Under the pieces are notes generated by a model. It was given only the letters and a program-made list of their open reading frames with translations, searched no databases and was not told the DNA's origin. Shown piece by piece: positions 54,295 through 61,919 of a stretch of DNA of 64,000 nucleotides. The stretch covers positions 1-64,000 of IMG/VR virus record IMGVR_UViG_3300035659_000003, one strand, 5' to 3'. Both the position numbers and the translations under genes were made by a program. The stretch is from a virus. Numbering within the stretch: the stretch's first letter is position 1; each line of letters starts with the position of its first letter.

Positions 54295-54774
54295 TTATCC
54301 GGCTTCTTCTACATCCAGCCCCGCGAACTCTAGAACGGCGTGCACAGCCTCCTCGCGACTGTGCACACGGCAGCTCGCGGCCTCGCGGACGAAGGCGTGC
54401 TCGTGGGGGTTCCCCTCCTTCTCCATGATGAGGACGACGAACTTGTGCAGGTGCGACGCCCAGGCCAGCTCGAACATCGAGCCGATGCTTGCCTTTGTTG
54501 CGCCCAGGAAGTCCGCGATGATCACGTCAACGGTAGACACATCGTGGTGGTCTCGCGCGAAGATGGCCGAGTCCGTTGACATAGCTGCGCGGTAGTGGCC
54601 GGACGGCAGCGGCTTGTTGCGGTATTGATGGGACAGGCTACGCTTCCCCCGCATAGGCGAGCGAACCTCGACTCCGCGCTTCTCCAGTGGCATGGCGATC
54701 TCCTCGCGGTGGGTGATCGCCTCGTCATATGTAAGGCCGGTTATGGGGCCACACAGATAACAAGATACGTGCAT
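54295..54774 (-). CDS. nucleoside 2-deoxyribosyltransferase-like protein
   Basis: YLCGPI, SP, IF.RD..DV...D, SIGS.FEL.WA. Confidence 0.85.
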   Translation of the reverse strand: MHVSCYLCGPITGLTYDEAITHREEIAMPLEKRGVEVRSPMRGKRSLSHQYRNKPLPSGHYRAAMSTDSAIFARDHHDVSTVDVIIADFLGATKASIGSMFELAWASHLHKFVVLIMEKEGNPHEHAFVREAASCRVHSREEAVHAVLEFAGLDVEEAG

Positions 54775-54785
54775 GGTTCCTCCTT

Positions 54786-55238
54786 CTAGAATACGTCCCC
54801 GTGAAGTTCGTAATGGCAGTTCTTACACAAGAGGACACACTTCTCAACCTCGCGGCAGAACAGATCGGTGTTGCTGCGCCACAGCCCTGCTGAAATTCGC
54901 CGCTCTTTAACCGCGCCGTCCTCATGGTGAAAGTCTAGTGAGCCGCCATACGTATTATACCCGCATTGCTGACAGCCGAGACCTTCTTTATAGGCAGAAA
55001 ACGCGTCTCGCCGCCGACCCCGAAATTTCCTAGCCCGCGTCAGGTAGGCTGCTCTGCGGCAGGGTTCGCTACAGTAACACGCCCCAGGAGATGGGAACGG
55101 AATCGGGCCTCCGCACTCGCGACAGGGGCGGCGACGCTTCATTCTATAGCAACGCTGCAGCGCGGCCCATCGTTCAGGATTGCGCGCGGCCCACGCGCGA
55201 GATCTAACCGTTTTAGGATTCTGGCTCAGGATAGACAT
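54786..55238 (-). mobile_element. HNH endonuclease
   Basis: CxxCG..YCS..C; CxxCGY.....LDFHH...EVEKC.LLC.NCH. Confidence 0.8.
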
Positions 55239-55536
55239 CGCCGTTCTCAGAACATTTGCGCCGCTCGTAAGGCACCACCACACGGCGATACAGCTCCTGA
55301 TCGACATTTTTCAACACACCGGTCAGCAGGGCAATCTTCCAGTATCTAGGCGTGCCCATGAGGTTCAGGACTAGCGTGGTGATGGCATAATTGAGCAGGC
55401 CCGCCTCCACGGTCATCCTATCCGCCTCTAGCTGTGCGGCAGGGGCCATCATGGTGCGCTCGTTGCGGATGGCATCTGCCAACTGACGCACCCAGGTGTC
55501 AATGAACTCGCGGTTCTTCTTCGGCACGTAGGGCAT
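55213..55536 (-). CDS. conserved phage hypothetical protein
   Basis: MPY...G.LNY.IT...ELYRR...PYE..K..ENGDV. Confidence 0.7.
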   Translation of the reverse strand: MPYVPKKNREFIDTWVRQLADAIRNERTMMAPAAQLEADRMTVEAGLLNYAITTLVLNLMGTPRYWKIALLTGVLKNVDQELYRRVVVPYERRKCSENGDVYPEPES

Positions 55537-56038
55537 CTACATACCTCCTACAGGATGGCCGCAGACACGGCACACCACGACTTCTTCGAAATACTGCTCG
55601 GTCGTAGGTCGACGCTCGATGATGTGCTCACCGTGTTGCACGCGCAGCAGCGAGGCATTCACCCGCACACGCTCGCGGTCAACGGGGACGATTCGGAAGC
55701 TGCCGTCGCAATGCTGCTCCAGACGCACCCGCTTGTCCATCAGCGGCTCCAGGTAGCGCTTAAGGAATACCTCCGTGCCGCAGCACGAGCGGATCAGAAC
55801 CGCGTCCCCCCGCCACTCCAATGTTCCCTCAGTCATACAGCCCTCCCTACTACCGGAACCACTGGCACATCCGCCGCCAGTGCCCACTGAACGGCCACTG
55901 TCGGCCCCTCACAGCGTGGGCAGTACCTGATTACCTGCTCTGGGCGAAACCGCCCGTGAGGGAAGTCCTCCGGTCTGGACGGGCGGTAGCCGTAGGGCCA
56001 GTCGCACGTGCCACACCGTGCCCCAATCAGGATCGCGT

Positions 56039-56533
56039 TCATGCCTTTTTCACCAGGTGGATGTGGGGATGGTTCGGGAAGCAGCTCCGGTCGGTGCTGA
56101 GCACCAAGTCGGGATAGCGCTTGATCCCGCGCCGAACCAGCTCAAGGATATAGCCTCCGTCACGGGGCCACACGCCGTGTCGTGCGTTGGTGTTCTCCTT
56201 CACCGCGATCACGATATCGCCGCAGTAGGGGCAGTCCGCCACCCAGATATCCACATCCTCGTACCACCACTGATAGCCCTTGTGCGGGCGCTCACAGAGG
56301 AAGCACGACCCCTTGGCCGGTTTCGGTAGGGGTGGGGGCGGGCACACGGGCTCCGACTGCGTCGTCGCCAGGAGCGTGCCGTCTTCCCACACCTTGAAAA
56401 AGGCGTAGCGGCCATCCAGCACCTCGAGGCACAACTGGTGCCCTTTCGGGATGATCTCGACGGGCACCGACGAAGCTGCGTGAACCTTCAGATCACGCCC
56501 TGTGTCGTTGAAGAATACGGCGTGTGCTGTCAT
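56039..56533 (-). CDS. HIT-like protein
   Basis: CFLC and HPHIHL histidine triad. Confidence 0.55.
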   Translation of the reverse strand: MTAHAVFFNDTGRDLKVHAASSVPVEIIPKGHQLCLEVLDGRYAFFKVWEDGTLLATTQSEPVCPPPPLPKPAKGSCFLCERPHKGYQWWYEDVDIWVADCPYCGDIVIAVKENTNARHGVWPRDGGYILELVRRGIKRYPDLVLSTDRSCFPNHPHIHLVKKA

Positions 56534-57199
56534 GACTCCTCCTTCTCCCGCGCCAACAGGATGCTGTTCCAGCTAAACTCTACCACGTCTGCATAGGGCA
56601 GGTCGTCCAGCAACCGATCTGCGATTGCCGTGCCCTCGTACTCGGCGAACTGAAATCGGATACCCTCGATCGTAGCAAACAGCCGCGTGCAGGTCGCAAC
56701 GATGTAGCGCCAGCCCTTGTCGTTCTCGGCGTTGTGGATGGCCCAGCATGGCACCAGCTCCGCGTCAATGCGCTCAACTGGAAGGCCCGTCAGTGTGCGG
56801 GCCGCCACACAGGTCAGCGCCAGAGCCATCTCAAGTTCCGTCCACATGTAGCTCATCCTTATGATACCAGGCCTGGGCTCCGCGTGCGGCATTGATCGAG
56901 ACCAAGAACCACCCGCGCCCGAATATCCCGTCAATGTCTTTCTGCCCACTCATAATGACGGTGCCGCCGCTCCCAGCGAAACACTGGAACCGCTGGCCTG
57001 GCGGCTTGATGATGGTAACGCGGGTTCCGCGTCTCACTTAGTTCTCTCCAGGCACTGTGTGATCCGGCGCGCCAGGAGCTTCGCGTCCCCGCGCGAGATC
57101 GTAAAGGCGAAGCCAGGCTTATCCTCTTCGGGGTAGATCTCCAGCTTCAGCTCCTGGGGGCTCGCCGTCGAGACGTAGCCGTTCGGGTATTTGCCTGGT

Positions 57200-57832
57200 T
57201 TACGCCAGCCCCACATCAGCCCTGGGATGTGCTTGGCCATTTGCTTCCTCCAGTATGTCTAACAGCGCCCCAACGCCAGGTATCCGCACGATCTTCGGGT
57301 GTTCGAGATGCCGGTTGTAGGGGTAGTCAAGAGTGAAGACCGTGATTCCCGCCTCTGCCAGGGCCTGCACAGCTCTCGGGTGGTCGTCCACCATAACAGT
57401 GATGCCTAGCTCCTCGCATTTGGCGGGCTTGTCGCTCGGCTTCTCGACGGTGAATACGGTAGGCTGTACCAGCAGGTGCCACTGCAGCCAGCGCGCCGTT
57501 TGCTCCGCCGCTGGCCTGCCCGTCACGCGCCCGCGCGCCGTAATCCAGGTCACCTCCCAGGTGTCCATCAAGCAGCGCAGCCGCCACCACTCGTCATCGG
57601 TTAGCAGACTAGGCACCCTCTCCCACGAGTTCGGAACCTTGTCGAACTCCCGCCACGCCGCGTTGATGGCCTTCTTGTCCACACCATAGAGCACGGCCAG
57701 GTCAGACACCGTGGCGTCGCCCCCTCGGATCGGCGTGACGGGGTTGCCTGCCGCATCCCGCAGGAACCGCGCCCAGTAGGTCATGAAGTCCGCGACAACT
57801 CCGTCCACATCCCAGCCTATGCGATAACTCAC
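57200..57832 (-). CDS. HAD-family 5'(3')-deoxyribonucleotidase
   Basis: DVDGVVADF, ITAR, K, VDD, PYNR; GTG start overlaps the upstream stop. Confidence 0.85.
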   Translation of the reverse strand: MSYRIGWDVDGVVADFMTYWARFLRDAAGNPVTPIRGGDATVSDLAVLYGVDKKAINAAWREFDKVPNSWERVPSLLTDDEWWRLRCLMDTWEVTWITARGRVTGRPAAEQTARWLQWHLLVQPTVFTVEKPSDKPAKCEELGITVMVDDHPRAVQALAEAGITVFTLDYPYNRHLEHPKIVRIPGVGALLDILEEANGQAHPRADVGLA

Positions 57833-58275
57833 TGTTGGCTCCGTCTCCCGCGTAGCGCCTGATAGATAATTGCGCGAGTGATTGCCACGAACGGGCCATG
57901 CCACCACCCACCACGATGCGCAGGTCGCCCACCCTGTCCCAGAATAGGAAATGCTACAAATAGCTCTGCGTCTGAACGCCTGCGTCCCCGAAAGTAAGGC
58001 AGCAACATACGGATGATCCACTGCGCCCTGCGTCCAGTAACAACCCAGTCTCCACAGAGCGCCCAGTTCTGCCGCTTTCGAAGTCGGATATCGCCCGCCC
58101 CCGTCCCGTCCTGACACGCCTGCAAAAGCTGCGTATCAGTGTTAGTCACGCGCAGTCTAAGAGCGAAGCCAGTCGGACATCGGTAGCACTGAAGGTGACC
58201 CTCGCCCTCCACGATGCCCGCAAGCCAGCCTAGAAACGAGTCTGAGGAATCCAAAACCCTAGTCCTCTTACGCAA
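57829..58275 (-). mobile_element. free-standing LAGLIDADG homing endonuclease
   Basis: WLAGIVEGEG, VTNTD..LL, LLPYF. Confidence 0.8.
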
Positions 58276-58457
58276 ACAGAATCACGCCTGCTATAGCCAA
58301 CGCAGGAAGCCCTACCATGACTAGGCACGCCGCCCAGAACGGCCAGCGAGGATAGCTGCAGACCACCAGCACGCATTCGCCGTCCAGCACACTACGCTCG
58401 CCGCAACGTGGGCAGATCTCAAGCCCCAGGCCGCCAGTGCCGGAACCGCCGCCCATG

Positions 58458-59066
58458 CTAGTCCTCCACCGCGTCGACCATACCCCACTCCAGAGCCTCT
58501 TCGGGGAAGAGGTAGACGGGGGTGTTGGCCTCTAGAATCGTGAGCCAGAACTCCTCGGTCTTGTAGGGTGTCCCCGCCGCCGCCGTGCTGCGCTCCGCAT
58601 GGAACTTGGCTGTCTCCCTGTGCAACCGCGTCAGAAGCTTCTGCTCCGCGTTGAGGTCGCGCAGGTCGCCCACCGTCCAAGACGTGATGCCGTGCACCAT
58701 CAAGAAAGCGCTCTTGCCCATCTTGCGGACGTTGCACGTCTGGAGAACCTCGAACGCAGCGCTCATGCCGTGCCCGTAGACCTCGCCGGTGACGATGCAG
58801 CCCTTCCGCTGCGCCGCGCGGATCGCGTCCACGATAGCAAACTCGGACTCCACACTGCCGCCGTTCGAGGAGATGCGGACGGTGATCGGGTCAGGCTTCT
58901 CGCTGAGAAGGCTGATCTCCCGAACGATCCTGGCCGCCATCTCCGACCCCACGCGCTCGTCCAAGTAGACCTCGCGGCGCTTGAGGGCGGCAAACCGAAG
59001 CGAATCCTCGTAGCCGCGTGGCTCCTTCGTCTCGTCCACGTAGGTAGGCTCGTCCTGAGTCCTCAT
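58458..59066 (-). CDS. clpP: ClpP-like protein (second copy)
   Basis: SSNGGSV, MSAA, MVHG, Y...EEALEWGMVD. Confidence 0.8.
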   Translation of the reverse strand: MRTQDEPTYVDETKEPRGYEDSLRFAALKRREVYLDERVGSEMAARIVREISLLSEKPDPITVRISSNGGSVESEFAIVDAIRAAQRKGCIVTGEVYGHGMSAAFEVLQTCNVRKMGKSAFLMVHGITSWTVGDLRDLNAEQKLLTRLHRETAKFHAERSTAAAGTPYKTEEFWLTILEANTPVYLFPEEALEWGMVDAVED

Positions 59067-59067
59067 A

Positions 59068-59262
59068 CTAGCCCTTCCTCTCCTTCTGATCGCTATCGAT
59101 CGTCCAGTTCGCGATGACATCCTCGGCGCAGCCTCCGCAGTAGCAGCCGTCGTCTATCCAGTGCACGCACCCTGAGCAGACCGCCAACCCGCAGGTCTCG
59201 CACTCGTGCTCCGGAAACTCCGCGCTGCAAAACCAGCAGGGGAACTCGCCCACGTCCATCAC
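59068..59262 (-). CDS. Cys-rich zinc-finger microprotein
   Basis: Four CxxC pairs. Confidence 0.6.
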   Translation of the reverse strand: MMDVGEFPCWFCSAEFPEHECETCGLAVCSGCVHWIDDGCYCGGCAEDVIANWTIDSDQKERKG

Positions 59263-59654
59263 TCCGCCTCTGACTCCTGCGGCGCGAACGCTCCGGCGCG
59301 AATGGCCTCGACCGCCTCGATGTCGCGACCGTCAAGTGCCCTGTCGTCAAGCTCAGGATGCGTCCGCTCATACTCCATCAGCGTCAACGCACACCAAGCG
59401 ACCGACGCCAACACATGCTGGCCGTCCTTCGGGTCGAGTGAGACCCCCTTGCGGAACGTCTCCAGGTGCCGCATCATTGCGCCGATGACACGGCTCCAGG
59501 CCATGCCCTTGCGCCAGTTGTGATCGGTGTATTTGCGGGCACCCATCGTGTAGACGAACGCCACCGCCCCTAGTGGCAACGGGGGGATCAGATCATAGCG
59601 GAGTTTCTCCGCGTCGTTCTTCCAGGCCGGTAGTTTGGCCTTCGGGCCGCTCAT
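59259..59654 (-). CDS. dATP/dGTP diphosphohydrolase domain protein (DUF5664)
   Basis: K.D..KLRYDLIP...GA.KY..HNWRKG......A..RH...D..DG.H. Confidence 0.85.
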   Translation of the reverse strand: MSGPKAKLPAWKNDAEKLRYDLIPPLPLGAVAFVYTMGARKYTDHNWRKGMAWSRVIGAMMRHLETFRKGVSLDPKDGQHVLASVAWCALTLMEYERTHPELDDRALDGRDIEAVEAIRAGAFAPQESEAE

Positions 59655-59947
59655 CACCAAGTCCTGTCCAGCTCCACCGGATAGGGATCGCTCGGCTCGT
59701 CGTCTAGAAACGAATCCTCCGGTGGCTCGCCCGTAGGAAACCCTCCACTCAGGACATAATCTGGGGAAGCGTAAGGGTCGTCGCGGGCCGCGTCGTCGAG
59801 GTCGAGTACAGGCCGATAGGCCCTGAACGGGGCCTTGTTGATGATCCTGACCGTAGTGGGGCTCCCTTGCCGCACTAGGTACTCTAGCGCCTTGCGGATT
59901 CCCCGCATCTCCTCCAGCATCTGCCGTTGCTGCTCGATACACATAGA

Positions 59948-60364
59948 CTAAGCCTCCTCTATCTCTCGTGCCCAAGGTGGCACCTCGGTCAGTGGTTCCA
60001 GTTCCGGCACGAGGCCGCTGAATTGCTGCAAGACAAGGAACACCTGCAGCAGCACCGGCTGTGCATTGTCATAGGACGTGCGCCCCAGGCTGGAGACAAT
60101 CATCCAGGCGTCGTCGAACGTCAAGGCCAGCTCCTGCTTATCGGCGCTAGGGGCAGCCGCCGCACCGTATCCGGCGATCGCCGCTGTGGTGGTGACGCCC
60201 TTTGGAAAGGTCAGGGCCAGGATGATATCTTGCACCTTGCGGAGTAGATAGTGCACCTCCGACTCGTCCTTCCCCAGCACGTGAGGGCCGCTAATGCCGC
60301 GCAAGAGTTCATGGATGGCCCAGCCGTCAGTCAGGCTCACCCATATCGTCTTCGTATCGGACAT
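59948..60364 (-). CDS. hypothetical protein with an internal duplication
   Basis: SLTDGW.I..LL...LL.KV versus TFDDAW.I..L....VLLQV; GGAGG RBS. Confidence 0.55.
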   Translation of the reverse strand: MSDTKTIWVSLTDGWAIHELLRGISGPHVLGKDESEVHYLLRKVQDIILALTFPKGVTTTAAIAGYGAAAAPSADKQELALTFDDAWMIVSSLGRTSYDNAQPVLLQVFLVLQQFSGLVPELEPLTEVPPWAREIEEA

Positions 60365-60582
60365 TGGGCACCTCCTCCGATAAGGAATCTACCGCTAGCA
60401 CAATCGTCTCCTCGAACTCAGGGTGCTCAGCGCGGAGAAACTCCGTAACCGCGCCGCACTTCTTGCAGACGCCATGCTCGTAGAAATAATGACTCCCCAT
60501 CACCCATGTGGGCCGATCCATAATGTAGTGATGGACGCAGTTCGAGTCCCCGCCACGGACGTTGACTCGCTGTGAGGCGTGC

Positions 60583-60948
60583 TTACCCACGCGTCCACCC
60601 CGTCGCCGCCGCCAGACGCTCCTGAGCAGTCGCGTCCGGCAGGGTATTGATCTCGGGATCGGTGCGAGATAGGCCCAGGATGCGGTCGGTGCTCTTCTCC
60701 TCGGGGTCGCCCCGCTGCTCGGCGTGTTCTCGCATCTCCTGCGCCAACGTGTAGGCGGGCCGGATATGGTCGGAGAATGTGTAAACGTCCAGTGCTCCGA
60801 ACCGGCCTAGTGGCACACGCACCGTTACGATTTCCCACGCGTGCTCCCCGAAGGCGTAGCGCTCGACGGCGACAACGACGCCGATCGCCCGCAGCGCTCT
60901 CCGCTCAGCCGTGTGAAGGATTTCTGCTAGCTCACCGAGCCTCGTCAT
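60583..60948 (-). CDS. hypothetical protein
   Basis: GGAG RBS. Confidence 0.5.
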   Translation of the reverse strand: MTRLGELAEILHTAERRALRAIGVVVAVERYAFGEHAWEIVTVRVPLGRFGALDVYTFSDHIRPAYTLAQEMREHAEQRGDPEEKSTDRILGLSRTDPEINTLPDATAQERLAAATGWTRG

Positions 60949-60966
60949 TGGTATTCTCCAGTGCTA

Positions 60967-61425
60967 CTAGGCCGCATTTGCCCGTCGCCTCCCATGAACT
61001 TCCTCGTTGTGCTGCGCCAGAGTGTCGTTCAATCTGTCAAAAGGCACAGTTGAGGTAGTACCGTCGCACCAATGAATCGGGACGGGCGGGTGAAACTGCA
61101 TCCGCCACGCAATGGCCTCGTCGCTCTTGGCGTTGGCGTCAAGGCGCGTGGCCTTGGTACCTGCAGGGACGAGTTTGAGCGGCGTCGGCGTGTCGACGAC
61201 CCTCGCCGCGACTGCTGCCCGCTGCCCCCCCTCGGCCAGGCTCCAGAAGCGCCAGCCGTTGCAGGCGACTCCGCCCGTGATTGCGCTCCCCGCCGCCGAC
61301 AAGCTCCCGAACTCCCGCCCGTCCTCCAGGCGGCAGCGCCCCCCATCGAGGACGGTGGCCCCGTAAGCGTCGCCCTTATAACGAGCCACCAATGGTGTGC
61401 CCGCTGCCAAGCTATGCCGAGCCAT
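60967..61425 (-). CDS. RAMA/DUF2924-like DNA-binding domain protein
   Basis: YKG..Y.ATV......G.EF.SLSAA..AITG...NGWRFW. Confidence 0.75.
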   Translation of the reverse strand: MARHSLAAGTPLVARYKGDAYGATVLDGGRCRLEDGREFGSLSAAGSAITGGVACNGWRFWSLAEGGQRAAVAARVVDTPTPLKLVPAGTKATRLDANAKSDEAIAWRMQFHPPVPIHWCDGTTSTVPFDRLNDTLAQHNEEVHGRRRANAA

Positions 61426-61443
61426 ACGCGACCTCCCTTTCTG

Positions 61444-61477
61444 CTTACTATGACGATCCGGCGGGGTCTTCGGTCAC
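61444..61477 (-). promoter_or_regulatory. ECF-type promoter-like element GTGACC-N16-CGTCATAGTAAG
   Basis: Matches 752-785; precedes the RAMA gene RBS. Confidence 0.6.
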
Positions 61478-61630
61478 ACCCCGCACCCGCTCAATAGGAA
61501 ACCGGATGATCTTATGGGCCTCCTTCTTGGCCCGCTGATAGTCAGCCATGAAGCGGTTCGCCACGCCCATGAATTTCAAGAAGCGGCGCAGCTCAAGGTC
61601 AATCGGCTCCTTGTCCATCGTCAGGCCCTC

Positions 61631-61864
61631 CTAGCTAAGCAGGGCCTCGACTAGCCCCTGCCGAAACGCCGCAATGATATCTGTGTTGCTCAGGCCCGCC
61701 GCGCGGAGTGCCTTGATCTTAGTCGCCGTCGCCATCTGGGTAGGCGTCCACAGACACGTAGCCTTCGAAGTCAGACTGAGAACCTCGGCGATGCGGGGCG
61801 CGGTGACGCTCAGCTCCTGCTGAAACTTCCGCACTGCTTCGTCGATCTCGTCTTGCGTAAGCAT
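61631..61864 (-). CDS. hypothetical protein
   Basis: Extended RBS GAAAGGTGGTGATC after the promoter. Confidence 0.55.
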   Translation of the reverse strand: MLTQDEIDEAVRKFQQELSVTAPRIAEVLSLTSKATCLWTPTQMATATKIKALRAAGLSNTDIIAAFRQGLVEALLS

Positions 61865-61881
61865 CCCCGATCACCACCTTT

Positions 61882-61916
61882 CACTGATAGAGACGGTCGG
61901 CTGGGGGGAGTGTTAC
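61882..61916 (-). promoter_or_regulatory. ECF-type promoter GTAAC-N16-CGTCTCTATCAGTG
   Basis: Intergenic third copy. Confidence 0.72.
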
Positions 61917-61919
61917 GGG

